From Alphaproteobacteria bacterium (lineage in GTDB: Bacteria > Pseudomonadota > Alphaproteobacteria > UBA7887), in assembly GCA_965216755.1 (NCBI GenBank), contig CBDCGL010000011.1:1-64000 (forward strand): a stretch of DNA of 64,000 nucleotides. The letters are read 5' to 3'. The notes under the pieces are model-generated. The model had not been told where the DNA came from. It did not search any database and saw nothing but the letters and a program-made list of their open reading frames with translations. Both the position numbers and the translations under genes were made by a program. Position 1 is the first letter of the stretch, and each line of letters starts with the position of its first letter. Of the stretch, positions 22,193 to 32,936 are shown one piece after another.

Positions 22193-22429
22193 CTAATCCC
22201 TTTGATCCCTTGGTGCGTCGTTGTGATGGCTATGATTGTGGGCGCCATGCATAAAGAAATGCATGCCGACGCACGCGCCCAGAAGAAGAGTTAAAGGCAG
22301 ATAGCCGAGTATGTGGGCTTGATGTTCCTCCCACAGGAGAACGATTGCAATGACAAGAAAAGCAAGAAGACCCAGGCCATATTTGAACCGCAAGGATCCA
22401 AGAAATCGGATTTTACTGGTCTCGTTCAT
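22193..22429 (-). CDS. DUF2933-like small membrane protein
   Basis: EEHQAHILGYLP...ACVGMHFFMHGAH, directly upstream of the ICMT gene. Confidence 0.82.
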   Translation of the reverse strand: MNETSKIRFLGSLRFKYGLGLLAFLVIAIVLLWEEHQAHILGYLPLTLLLGACVGMHFFMHGAHNHSHHNDAPRDQRD

Positions 22430-22512
22430 TGAAGTATCCTATTCGAACGCGGGCTGTGAGCGGTGATCCCGATTGGGTCCGTTCCAGCAGTTGTTTGCTG
22501 TGGTATGAAAGC

Positions 22513-22974
22513 TCAAGAGCTCTTCCAGTTCATGAAACGACTTCCCGTTTCAGAGAACAGCAGCCAGCCATAGATAGGAGCAGTTACGATGGCAGGTATA
22601 ATCCCGCTCCAAATAAAGAGTGATGGCTCCGAGCTGCCTCCGAAGAAATCGAATACCTGATCGATTTCCGCACAAAGGATCGAACAGTATGACAAAATCG
22701 CGGCGTAAATCGCCCCGGCGACGATGGCCGCAGCGGTCGAACTCACCCCTCTGCCCACCACGGCGATCCCAACTAGGGAACCAATGCTTAAGCCCATTGC
22801 TAGTGCACATGTCATGGTCCAGGCGAACTTCGCCGCAATACTGCCCACAGGGAAAAGGATCATTCCCCAAACGACAAAATAAAAAAGCTCGCCGGCTACT
22901 GTCAGAGCCAATGCCAGAAGGATGGGTCTCACAAAATCACTGCGTTCAAGTGCATGGTTCACGACCACCTCCAT
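22513..22974 (-). CDS. Hypothetical membrane protein (~4 TM)
   Basis: Hydrophobic 153-aa ORF co-oriented with its neighbours. Confidence 0.6.
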   Translation of the reverse strand: MEVVVNHALERSDFVRPILLALALTVAGELFYFVVWGMILFPVGSIAAKFAWTMTCALAMGLSIGSLVGIAVVGRGVSSTAAAIVAGAIYAAILSYCSILCAEIDQVFDFFGGSSEPSLFIWSGIIPAIVTAPIYGWLLFSETGSRFMNWKSS

Positions 22975-23118
22975 ATGAAGTGGTTAAAGCATGGCCGGCA
23001 AAAAGGGACCACATACCGGCTGTGCGGAGTCGAATCGTCTGAACAAAGATCGTCGTCGCTATCATCATCGGCCGATTTGCGGTCTCGCGTTTGCAAATGA
23101 GGTAGTCATACAAGTATC

Positions 23119-24480
23119 TCACTTCGGTATGGTCACTGTAGCCCTGAGGCCACCGGCGTCACGGTTTTCTAGGAGCACTTCACCACCATGGCCGCGGAAT
23201 ATCGACCGCGCTACGGCAAGGCCGAGTCCGGTTCCCGCAATCTCGCAGTTGCGCGACTTGTCGACCCTGTAGAAGGGCGCAAAGACGTTTTCCAACTCTG
23301 AGTCAGGAACGCCGGGACCGTCATCTTCGATCTCCACGATGATGGATGCTTGTTGGCCACGGATGTGAACCCAAACGTTTTGTCCGTAAGCCACAGCATT
23401 CATGATCAAATTGCTGAATCCGCGCTTTAGGGAAATTGGCCGGCCGTTGATCGGTGTTGGGGGGCAATCGTCCAGACTAACTGCATGCCCTGTATCGAGC
23501 ATGTCCGAGCAAATGCTCTGTAGAACAGCGGCAATGTCGACCATCTGCGGTTTCTCGGCCGTAACTTCGTCTCGGGCGAAAATCAGCGTGCTCTCAGTCA
23601 TACGTTCCATCTCTTCGAGATCGCTGAGCATTTTGTCACGTTGAGCCGTGTCCTCGACAAATTCCGCGCGCAGCCGTAATCGCGTGATTGGCGTCCTCAA
23701 GTCGTGCGAAATTGCGGCCAACATAGATGTGCGATCTTCGATGAATCGCCGGAGCCTCGCTTGCATCTGGTTCATGGCTCGTGCGACGAGGCGGATTTCA
23801 TGGGGTCCGGCGGGTTCATCCAGAGACGTACGGATGTCTTTCCCAAGCATTTCGGCGACCCGTCCAAAAGCCTTCAGAGGTCGGATCAGCCAACGGGCTG
23901 CCCAAATAGAGAGGACGAGGATGCCCGCCCACATCACAATAATTTCGAGAATGATCGAACGGATCGTGTCGGCGCCAAGCGTCGTTGTCGGAGTCGCGAA
24001 CAGAAGATCGCCGGTATCAGGCAGGCTAATTTCGATCAGCAATCTATCGAAAGGCGCCGTGCATTCACTGTTGGACACGCTGCTGCCATTGGCGCCTGGC
24101 GTGCCTTCGCACACAACCGATTGGACCACGGCCGTCTGAACTCGCGCTTCTGGAAAGAAATCCGCCAACCGAGTACCTAGAAGGTTGGACCGCCAGTTAT
24201 GTGTTCTCGCGCCCTCGACGCTGTCGATGCCGGCAAGTGCCAGAGAGAGGTCGGATGTTTTTACTTGGGTGATCGCCTCACGACGTCGATCGACAGGCAT
24301 GCGGCGGAGAAACGTCACCGTTGTAACGATACGGCCGATAAGTAAGTCGCCTCCGAGTAACGCGAGGCGGTGATTGGCGTTTCCATAGTGAACCGCCATG
24401 CTCACAAGGTGCGTTGCCGTCAGCCCCAGTATGAGCACAATCACGGCGCGACCAAATAAGCTACGCGGTATAGGGTTCAT
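23119..24480 (-). CDS. HAMP-domain sensor histidine kinase (EnvZ-like)
   Basis: Two TM, ISHDLRTP, NLIMNA, DDGPG, GLGL. Confidence 0.93.
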   Translation of the reverse strand: MNPIPRSLFGRAVIVLILGLTATHLVSMAVHYGNANHRLALLGGDLLIGRIVTTVTFLRRMPVDRRREAITQVKTSDLSLALAGIDSVEGARTHNWRSNLLGTRLADFFPEARVQTAVVQSVVCEGTPGANGSSVSNSECTAPFDRLLIEISLPDTGDLLFATPTTTLGADTIRSIILEIIVMWAGILVLSIWAARWLIRPLKAFGRVAEMLGKDIRTSLDEPAGPHEIRLVARAMNQMQARLRRFIEDRTSMLAAISHDLRTPITRLRLRAEFVEDTAQRDKMLSDLEEMERMTESTLIFARDEVTAEKPQMVDIAAVLQSICSDMLDTGHAVSLDDCPPTPINGRPISLKRGFSNLIMNAVAYGQNVWVHIRGQQASIIVEIEDDGPGVPDSELENVFAPFYRVDKSRNCEIAGTGLGLAVARSIFRGHGGEVLLENRDAGGLRATVTIPK

Positions 24481-25199
24481 TCTAGACGCTCTACGGTTGT
24501 CGCGAGCACATATCCGCCGCCGCGCACGGTTTTGATCAATTGCGGATCCGCGGGATCCACCTCTATTTTGCGGCGCAGACGTCCAACCTGAACGTCGACG
24601 CTACGGTCGAAGGGTGCGGCGTTCCGTCCACGGGTGAGATCGAGAAGGCGCTCACGGTTCATGACTCTTTGTGGGTGTTCGGCCAATGCGACCAGCAGAT
24701 CAAACTCCCCAGATGTAAGGGTAACAATTACGTTGTCCGGTGAGGTCAATTGCCGACGGCCCAGATCGAGCGTCCAGCCTGCGAACTTCAGTTTTGAGGC
24801 GCGCTCCGAACGCGCCAGGGATGAGTGCGCATCGCTGCGGCGCAGAACAGTCTTTATCCGCGCTAAGAGCTCACGAGGATTAAACGGTTTGGGCAGATAG
24901 TCATCGGCGCCCATCTCGAGTCCGACAATACGATCTGTCTCCTCCCCGCGCGCGGTCAGCATAATAATCGGTATACGCGACTTAATCCGAAGACGGCGCG
25001 TCAGATCTAACCCGTCCTCTCCGGGCAGCATCAAATCGAGCACGATGAGGTCGAAACGCTGTGTGTTTAGGGCCCTATCCATGGACCGACCGTCCTCGGC
25101 CGTACTGACGCGATAGCCATTGTCTGTAAGGTAGCGTGCGAGTAGGTGACGAATTTCACGATCATCGTCGACGACCAATAAATGGGACGTTCGCACCAT
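24477..25199 (-). CDS. OmpR-family response regulator
   Basis: LVVDDD, LDLMLP, GADDYLPKPF, RSVDVQVGRLRRK, TVRGGGY. Confidence 0.94.
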   Translation of the reverse strand: MVRTSHLLVVDDDREIRHLLARYLTDNGYRVSTAEDGRSMDRALNTQRFDLIVLDLMLPGEDGLDLTRRLRIKSRIPIIMLTARGEETDRIVGLEMGADDYLPKPFNPRELLARIKTVLRRSDAHSSLARSERASKLKFAGWTLDLGRRQLTSPDNVIVTLTSGEFDLLVALAEHPQRVMNRERLLDLTRGRNAAPFDRSVDVQVGRLRRKIEVDPADPQLIKTVRGGGYVLATTVERLE

Positions 25200-25494
25200 A
25201 TGAACACGGTAATTCAAAATCGACAGCTGGCCACTATCTTTTTTGTAACAGAATAAGTCAAAGTGCTGTTTTGCAAAGAACTGTTACAAAATGTGGGCTC
25301 GATGGAAACACAACGGACGAATTCGGAATTTTGCCTGTTACCTAGCCGTGATTCTATGCCTACTGTTTGCATGGGGTGGCGGACGTTGATCCAATTTCGG
25401 CGAATGGACGAGTGCGTCGGACCCAAGGGGTCAACAGGTTTCGAGGGCCAAGTACAAAACGTCCAATAGTGATTGAAATGAAGAGGGGCTTGAT

Positions 25495-26085
25495 TTGAAT
25501 ATTCGTGCACTCGTCTTGATCGTTGTCGCGCTCAGTTTCGTTCCCGGCGGGCCAGGGAAGGCAATGCGGGCTCACGGGCAGGATCAAGATAAAAATAAAG
25601 GTGTGGGTACGCTGCCGGTCAACAACGAAGATCACGAGGCGACCAGCGATGCCGATGGACCTCATATGGCGGCTACCGATATTTCGACAAAGGACCAGCA
25701 GAGCGCGGCTCACTGGCTAGCGCCGGATGCCGAGCAGTCACGGTCAAATCCGATCCCGATGAGCGATGATGGCCTTGCCACAGCGGCGGAGATCTACGAG
25801 GACAATTGCGCTGTCTGTCATGGCGCAAGCGGTGTGGGCGACGGACCTGCCGCGGAGGGCCTGGATCCAAAGCCGGCCGATCTCCAGGTCATGGCAAGCC
25901 AGCATAATCACGGCGATCTTGCCTGGAAGATTCGCAACGGGCGCAATGCCATGCCGGCCTGGGGTGAAGTCTTCGACGACGAGACCATCTGGGAGATTGT
26001 GAACTATCTCAAAGAGGTCATTGCGAAAGGCGTTGGTGAGACCGCCATCCACGGTCATGACGGCGGGAAACATCATCACGAATGA
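25495..26085 (+). CDS. Periplasmic c-type cytochrome with His-rich tail
   Basis: Signal peptide, NPIP, CAVCH, AMPAW, C-terminal HGHDGGKHHHE. Confidence 0.85.
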   Translation: MNIRALVLIVVALSFVPGGPGKAMRAHGQDQDKNKGVGTLPVNNEDHEATSDADGPHMAATDISTKDQQSAAHWLAPDAEQSRSNPIPMSDDGLATAAEIYEDNCAVCHGASGVGDGPAAEGLDPKPADLQVMASQHNHGDLAWKIRNGRNAMPAWGEVFDDETIWEIVNYLKEVIAKGVGETAIHGHDGGKHHHE

Positions 26086-26254
26086 TAAGACAAAGAAGCC
26101 GACGCGGTGGCGAGGCGGCTCTCAGTCCGCGATGCCGTCTGAAACTAACACAGGCTGGCTTAATCGGTATTTGTGTTTCTCGAGAAATACACCGCATAGA
26201 TGACCCATTCGTTAGTCACATATCGAACGGGATGCTTAGCAAAGGAGTAACAGC

Positions 26255-26947
26255 ATGAGTAGACGCCATTTTTTGGTGAGCGCGATCGGAATCGCGTTAA
26301 TGACGACGGTTAGTCTTGCCGTTGCAGAGGAAGACCATCACCCGCAAGAAGCTGGCGATCCCGCGGTCGTCGACGGGGATTCGGGCGCGCAACCCGGGCA
26401 GGCACAGTCTGGCGGCATGGGTATGATGCGTATGATGGGCGAGGGCGGCATGATGGGCTCCGGCATGGGCATGATGGGCTCCGGCATGGGCATGATGGGT
26501 CGGGGCATGATGAGGCATGGCGGATCACCCGCTGTCGTCATCAACATCTATCCGGGTGGCCAAATGGCCATGGGCCCGGGCAGCATGATGGGGCCTGGCA
26601 AGAGTATGATGGGCGAAGGCGGCATGAGGCGTTCCGGCATGGGGATGATGAAACCTGGCATGGGCATGATGCGTATGATGGGCGAGGGCGGCATGATGGA
26701 CTCGGGCATGGGCATGATGGGAGACGCCGGCAACGCCGACCAGCCAGACCTGGCGCTCAGTGCTGATGAGGTGCGCGAGCGGGTCAGCGTACAATTGGCG
26801 CGCTTGGGTGGCGGCAGCGCGGCCGTGGGCGAGGTCGTCGAGATTGACGAAGACCTTGTCAGCACCGAGGTCGTCGACGAAACCGGTGCGGTCACGGCAC
26901 GAATCATCGTCAATCGGCACCACGGCGCAATGATGCGCGTCAAGTAA
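26255..26947 (+). CDS. Tat-exported Met/Gly-rich protein, probable copper binder
   Basis: RBS AAGGAG, SRRHFL Tat motif, 39 Met in 230 aa arranged as GMGMM repeats. Confidence 0.8.
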   Translation: MSRRHFLVSAIGIALMTTVSLAVAEEDHHPQEAGDPAVVDGDSGAQPGQAQSGGMGMMRMMGEGGMMGSGMGMMGSGMGMMGRGMMRHGGSPAVVINIYPGGQMAMGPGSMMGPGKSMMGEGGMRRSGMGMMKPGMGMMRMMGEGGMMDSGMGMMGDAGNADQPDLALSADEVRERVSVQLARLGGGSAAVGEVVEIDEDLVSTEVVDETGAVTARIIVNRHHGAMMRVK

Positions 26948-27662
26948 CTCTCAAATGTGGCTGGGGTGCGCGGTGCGCGCATAACGACCGCGCCTCCCGA
27001 TCGAATTTCATTTTTGAGGCGATACCGCAAAAGAAAGGAGCCTTGATTTGCGATCCATTTGCGGTTCACGACGCGAGACAAGAGTAGGAGCGGAGCCCGT
27101 TGCCATCAAACAGGAGGCATATGAAATGCACGCTACACTCAAAACCGCGACACGATGTGTACCGCCCGCAACACCAGCAGATGAAACGTTCCGATCAGAA
27201 AACCCATGCGTCAGGCGTCGGGTGCGGGCAAATAGAGGTAAATCGCGAGAACATGGGCGGCGTTCCGCCGGGACAGAAACTCATTTCGATTCCATCCGCT
27301 GCTCGCGCATCGGCTGAGATCCCGGCTGAACAAGACGCCTCTTCTTCAAACGCAGAAAACCTTACTTCATCCCTGGGTAGGATCTTTCCTGTGCGGGGGT
27401 GATTCGGTTTCGGTCGGAACTGTTTGCGCTTGTAACTAAAATAGGGCCCTGAAGCGCTTTGCCGTAGATGTGGTCACACGGCAAAAGCAGTTAACGTTAA
27501 ACATAGCTAAGGATGTTCGTCTTACGCGGCGATCTTGCCATACTCGAAAAGATAGTGATGCAATCATGTGATATGCGAATCAACGTCAAAATAGTAATCA
27601 AGGTCCAGGAGGCGCGCACATCGTCGTGTATCGGTCGACTTTTGCCTGCTCGTCGGACTGGC

Positions 27663-28508
27663 CTATGATTGGTGGCTCGTATAGCGTCTGGGATCCTCGG
27701 TAAACCGATTGAGACATCGACGAGAGCAAAAGACATAACGTTCCGCATCATGTTCAAGAAATATCTCGGCGGTCCAGGCGTCGACCCGCATACCACACAC
27801 GGGGTCGCGCACCCAGTCATGGCGTTCGGACTTGCGGTCGCGGAGGGCGCCGTCCTCTAGCCACAAGATGCGATCGGCGACGTCCTCGACTCTCGGGTCG
27901 TGGGTGACAAGCACGATTGCGCAACCTTGGTCTCGCGCGATATCGTGAAGAATCATCATAACCTCTTGGCCGCTATGCGAATCGAGATTACCGGTCGGCT
28001 CGTCCGCGAAAATGAGTTGGGGCTGGTTTATCAAGGCGCGAGCGATGGCGACCCGCTGCTGCTCGCCGCCAGACAACGTACGCGGCAATGCCCTCCGACG
28101 GTGCGCTAAGCTAAGCCGCTCAAGAAGATCATCGGCGCGCCGGGCTGCACCGCGCACGCCGCCTGGCGCGAGGTGGGCCGGGAACAGCACATTCTCTTCA
28201 ACTGATAAAGCGTCCAGGAGGTTGAACGATTGAAAGATAAATCCAATTTTGCGCGCTCTTAAGTCAGACAGCTTTGTTTCGTCGAGGCCCGTGATCTCAA
28301 CGTCTTGGATCATAACGGTTCCGGATGTCGCACGCAGAAGCGCGCCCAGCATTGAAATAAGGGTGGTCTTGCCGGAGCCGGACGGTCCGGTGATCAGCAC
28401 GAGCTCGCCGTGATTGACGTCCAAGGACACGTCATCGACCGCGCGCACCTCCGTGTGCCCACTACCGAAAGTTTTGACCAGATTCCGGGCCTGGAGGATC
28501 TTGCTCAT
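27663..28508 (-). CDS. LolD/MacB-type ABC ATPase with C-terminal YHS domain
   Basis: GPSGSGKT, LSGGEQQR, ADEPTGNLD, then RDPVCGM...YVFCSRRC. Confidence 0.9.
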   Translation of the reverse strand: MSKILQARNLVKTFGSGHTEVRAVDDVSLDVNHGELVLITGPSGSGKTTLISMLGALLRATSGTVMIQDVEITGLDETKLSDLRARKIGFIFQSFNLLDALSVEENVLFPAHLAPGGVRGAARRADDLLERLSLAHRRRALPRTLSGGEQQRVAIARALINQPQLIFADEPTGNLDSHSGQEVMMILHDIARDQGCAIVLVTHDPRVEDVADRILWLEDGALRDRKSERHDWVRDPVCGMRVDAWTAEIFLEHDAERYVFCSRRCLNRFTEDPRRYTSHQS

Positions 28509-28521
28509 GCTTACTCGTTCT

Positions 28522-29637
28522 TCAGCCGTGAAAAGCTGAGACGGGATCGACTTTGACAATGCTGCGCGCGGGAATGGCGGTAGCGAAGAGTGTCACGACA
28601 AGTACGGCGACGCCCACCCTGAGAAGCGCCTCGCTTGTGACGCTGAGAGTCACCTGCGGGAGATATACACTGGTCAAAGGAACCGCGACTGACACCAACG
28701 CCGCTGCGATGAGAAATCCGATCAACGTGACGCAACCAGCCTGTACTAGAACGCTAGCGTATATGGCCCCGTTCCTTACGCCAAGCGCCTTCATCACAGC
28801 CAGTTCCCGCTGTTTGCGCTTGGTGCTGGAATAAGCCGTAAAACTAACCAAGAGAATAGCGAGTATCCCGGAGATAGCGGCCATTAAGTTGACGATCTCA
28901 AGCCCCATTTGCATAGCCAGCTCGTAATCGTTCTCGATGAATTCTCGCTTCGGAACGACACTGACTTTGTCGACCTCCGAACTAATCCGCTCCGCAAGAT
29001 CCTTGTCGTCGATTCCGGATTCGGCGTCGACCAGGATGTAACTTACCGACCCGAATGTTGACATGATGTCGGCCAGATCAGTCAAGGTCACGAAGACGAT
29101 CGAGTTCGCCATCGAGAACGTGCCTTCCGACAGTCCGGCTATTGTAAAAGCCTTGCCGGCAATCATGATTTCGTCGCCTTGACGAAGGTCAGTCAAATCG
29201 GCTAGCACCGAGGGAACCATCGCCTCACCAAGTTCTGGTACTCTCTTTCCATTTGCCATGGCCCAGGGGCCGGCACGTTGGTCGTCCGACTGCATCCCGA
29301 CGATAAACGAGAACCAGTCACGATCATCGGCACGCATGACCGTATTGAGGTACAGAATCGGGGTAACCTTGCTTACTCCGTCGACCTCGGCGATTCGATC
29401 AGCCTTCCAATCCCATACAAAGGACGTCGCCATGTGCATATTTGAGACGCCCTTTTGCATGACCCATACGTCAGCATTGGCGCGTTCGACGTAAGCGATA
29501 ATCTGCTCAGACTCGCCGGCAAATACGGCCTCGAAAAACAACACAAGCGCAAACGCACTTGCGACGGCAGTCGCGTTTGCCAGCAAATGCGCTGGCTCAG
29601 AGAGGAGGTTTCGGAACGTCCATCGCAGCACGCTCAA
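28522..29637 (-). CDS. MacB/FtsX-type ABC permease
   Basis: N-terminal TM, periplasmic domain, RELAVMKALG, three C-terminal TM. Confidence 0.88.
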   Translation of the reverse strand: MSVLRWTFRNLLSEPAHLLANATAVASAFALVLFFEAVFAGESEQIIAYVERANADVWVMQKGVSNMHMATSFVWDWKADRIAEVDGVSKVTPILYLNTVMRADDRDWFSFIVGMQSDDQRAGPWAMANGKRVPELGEAMVPSVLADLTDLRQGDEIMIAGKAFTIAGLSEGTFSMANSIVFVTLTDLADIMSTFGSVSYILVDAESGIDDKDLAERISSEVDKVSVVPKREFIENDYELAMQMGLEIVNLMAAISGILAILLVSFTAYSSTKRKQRELAVMKALGVRNGAIYASVLVQAGCVTLIGFLIAAALVSVAVPLTSVYLPQVTLSVTSEALLRVGVAVLVVTLFATAIPARSIVKVDPVSAFHG

Positions 29638-30770
29638 CTCCTAAAAACGATGGCTGGCTCAATTTGGGAAATGCTGCGGACAGGCGCAACTGTGCCCAAT
29701 ATCGAGATAACCAGGCAGGCACCGGCGGTCCGCAAAATGGCCATCGGTTCGCCAGGGAGAACGAGATAGACGGGCGAAAACGTATGGACGATGCTCGCTA
29801 TGACGTGTGCCAACAGAACACCGATTACCAACGCGACGGCGGTGAGTATTGTCGCCTCAATGAATGCAGCCCGCGCCAAAGCGCTGGGTGTGAGGCCAAG
29901 CGCTCTCAAAACGCCGAGGTTCCGAAATCGTGCGCGCACCGCCGCGAACATGAACATACCGACCACAAGAACTCCGATGATGTAGCTGACTATGAGTAGC
30001 AGACCCAGAACTGGCCCGAGCATCGCACGGCCAAGATTCTCGTCGTTTTGCGCGAGGTCCTCGGGAAGATATACGTCCGCTTCAGGAACGCGTTCCTCTA
30101 TCCACTGGGCGACTTTTCGTGCATCGGCGCCAGGCTTGATATCGACCAGGAGAAAACTCAAAAGCGGAAATGTGGAGATGTCTGCAGCAATCTCCGATTC
30201 GAAATAGAAGTCGATCAAATCGTCGTAGGCGATGAACGCAAATGGCGTGAAGAACGCTGCGCTGTTGGTAGAAACACCGGAGACGACAAACTCGAAGTCC
30301 GAGATGATGAGCGGATCCCCTAGTTTGAGGTCGTACTTGGTCGCCAAAGCGCTGTCGATGACGATACCACGGTCGATACTGGTGGTCTCGCCGGCAACGA
30401 TTTCATTTGGGCCCCCAGAAGTGTCGTAAACGAGGATGAATACGGGCGTTCTCTGTCCGTCCTCGCCATATATGACGGGTAGTCCGGTAAGTGGGTGGGC
30501 TTCTTGAACGCCGTCGACGTCTTCCACCTGCAGTCGGGTCAATTGCGGAAGGATAGAGCGGGCGGCGATGAAATTGCCGATGCCGGCTTGCGTAACAATG
30601 AGGTCCCCGCTCCGATTGAGCACGGCGGTGCGCAGCTGGGCGTATATCCCGGCCAGGAAACCTTCAAGGACCAAGATCACGGCAATGACGGCGCCAATCG
30701 CAAGAATGGTAAGCGTTGTGCGAACGCCTTCGTATCGCAGTTGCCTGTAAATCAGTAAGAGCATGTCCAA
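29634..30770 (-). CDS. MacB/FtsX-type ABC permease
   Basis: RTTLTILAI, NLGVLRALG, C-terminal EPAIVFR. Confidence 0.88.
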   Translation of the reverse strand: MDMLLLIYRQLRYEGVRTTLTILAIGAVIAVILVLEGFLAGIYAQLRTAVLNRSGDLIVTQAGIGNFIAARSILPQLTRLQVEDVDGVQEAHPLTGLPVIYGEDGQRTPVFILVYDTSGGPNEIVAGETTSIDRGIVIDSALATKYDLKLGDPLIISDFEFVVSGVSTNSAAFFTPFAFIAYDDLIDFYFESEIAADISTFPLLSFLLVDIKPGADARKVAQWIEERVPEADVYLPEDLAQNDENLGRAMLGPVLGLLLIVSYIIGVLVVGMFMFAAVRARFRNLGVLRALGLTPSALARAAFIEATILTAVALVIGVLLAHVIASIVHTFSPVYLVLPGEPMAILRTAGACLVISILGTVAPVRSISQIEPAIVFRS

Positions 30771-31388
30771 CCTACCAAAACCCTACAGGCGATGTTAGCT
30801 GACAAACGCAAATATGAGACGTCTATTCCCGATATTTCTAGCGTTTCGTTCGAAAAGAGAATGACCGAATAGACTTGCTCGCTAGTTACTGATACAGAGG
30901 TAAAAGTATCAACCTACCCGTAAATTCCGTTGCGCAAATTACCCCACTTTCGATCGATTTTCGTTCTTCACAGGGCCGTCAAGCGGCAACAAGCTGTAGA
31001 ATACATAGCTATACATTTAGGCACCGAAGCACTTTCGTCGGAGCCACGTGATTTCGCCTAGTATCACGCTAACGAGACCCGCCAACGCTTCAGCCGCCTG
31101 AAGCATGTCGGTAAAGGCCTGCAAACATTACCCCATTGTATACTCAATGTTCACGGGTATGGGCGAGTAACAAATTGTAACAACTCTTATCAATCGCAGC
31201 TGGCTCGCTAAACTATTGCAAAACGAGCGAAACGAAAAATTCAACTGCTTGGAGCCTAAAGGCTGTTTACAATCAGTAGGGGCGATTAGGTGGATCTGCG
31301 CCTGTCACACCAGGCGCTTAAGGAGAGTTGTGATCATCTTGCAGAATGGACAAAGGAAAGTGCAGTCTTTTAAGAAAAACGCTGTTTC

Positions 31389-32096
31389 ATGACATTGCAC
31401 ATCGCTGCCCGTTCCATGCCTGGTAAGACCCTGCTTTTTGTCGCAGCTGTGTTTCTGATCGGCGCGACTTACTGGATGTACATCGAATCACCAACACTTT
31501 CAGAACTTTCTGATGTCTCGACATTGCGCGGTTGGATCGCACAATTGGGCCCATGGGGGCCCGTTGCAGTCATTGGGTTAATGACCCTCGCGATATTGGT
31601 CAGTCCTATTCCGAGTGCGCCGATCGCGGTTACGGCTGGTGCCGCGTATGGTCACTATTGGGGGACCCTGTATGTAATCACCGGAGCTGAGATTGGCGCT
31701 CTTGGTGCATTCGTTCTCGCACGCTTCGTCGGCTACGAGGTTTTGCATGGTTGGTTTGGCGACCGGCTGTCAAAAGGCTGGCTTGGATCACAAAATGCGC
31801 TTACCATTCTAGTTTTCGTCAGCCGGTTGCTGCCGTTCATCTCATTTGACATTGTTAGCTATGTAGCGGGCTTAAGCGTCATCGCTTTCTGGCGCTTTGC
31901 GATCGCGACCTTGGCCGGCATCGTTCCAGCCAGTTTTCTGCTTGCCCATTTCGGCGACGAGATGGCAACGGGCGAGGTCGAGCGGATCATGTTTTCTGTG
32001 CTGCTTCTCGGGGCCATCACGCTATTGCCAGTTGGGTATCGGTTACTTCGTGGACGCCGTCGCCATCAGAGGCACAGCCCGACAGACGAAAACTGA
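31389..32096 (+). CDS. TVP38/TMEM64 (DedA/VTT) family membrane protein
   Basis: SPIPSAPIAVTAGAAYG, SRLLPFISFDIVSYVAG. Confidence 0.9.
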   Translation: MTLHIAARSMPGKTLLFVAAVFLIGATYWMYIESPTLSELSDVSTLRGWIAQLGPWGPVAVIGLMTLAILVSPIPSAPIAVTAGAAYGHYWGTLYVITGAEIGALGAFVLARFVGYEVLHGWFGDRLSKGWLGSQNALTILVFVSRLLPFISFDIVSYVAGLSVIAFWRFAIATLAGIVPASFLLAHFGDEMATGEVERIMFSVLLLGAITLLPVGYRLLRGRRRHQRHSPTDEN

Positions 32097-32149
32097 TGGC
32101 TTCTGATTCTGTACACCAGCGCACGGGTTGCCATTTGTGCACGCGATTG

Positions 32150-32278
32150 TTACCGAAGTCGGTCGCGAAACCCGACATCCTCTGGATTCGGAGAGCGGTC
32201 GATAAGACCCCGGCGGACGTAATATCGTGCGCTTTCAACGCTAACCTCAGCCTGTTTCGCGATGAAACGAATTCGCAC
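32150..32278 (-). pseudogene. N-terminal MerR-family HTH remnant
   Basis: GAGGA RBS and GTG start; MRIRFIAKQAEVSVESARYYVRRGLI...GFR, then a stop after 42 aa. Confidence 0.65.
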
Positions 32279-32936
32279 CTTTTGTCCTCGTGCGCAAATG
32301 TCCATCTTATTCTGCGTCCTGTACCTACGTACGGAATGAAGTAAAACGCGGGTCATGCAGTCAGGGGCAAGGTCGTGGCGTGTTGTGGACAGACCGATGT
32401 GTTTTCAGTTTGTCTGACTGTTGGGGCGTTAGTCCCGTGCGATCCGTAGGGTCAACAGACATGCAAAAGAATCGATCTCGCGGCGTTCTTAATTAGTGTA
32501 CAAAATATTACAAATTGTTGTGGAGCGGTTACTTTTCGTTACATGAATTTTGATCTAAATCAGCGTCGGAATTTGACAGTTGCTTAGAGTCTCAGTTCTT
32601 CTGATTGTTTGCAAGGACAGCTTAGAGCATTGGGTGATTTGCCATTTATTCTATTGACGAGGCCTTACCATGCGTTCGCAGGCGATCGGAAAAGATACTG
32701 ATAGTGGACTGGGCCACGGCCGATTGATGATGGAGAGCAGAAAGGTCTGCGGCAGGCGAGAGTGCGGTTTCCATGGATCGCGTGAACGCGGCATTGTTGA
32801 AGTCTTGATTGAGAGTTGGTTTCCGAGAGAACCCGATTTTGGCGACCTAACAATGTGTCTTACCGGGTCAACGCGTGTGCAAATGGGGTGTCCCCGCGCA
32901 TGGGTCGACAAAGTTGCGACGATAGGAGGAAATGCC

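Noticed and set aside
27100-27402. ORF with a good RBS (CAGGAGG) before the ATG at 27121
   Set aside because: It has no recognisable motif or protein-like composition, so it cannot be supported without a search.
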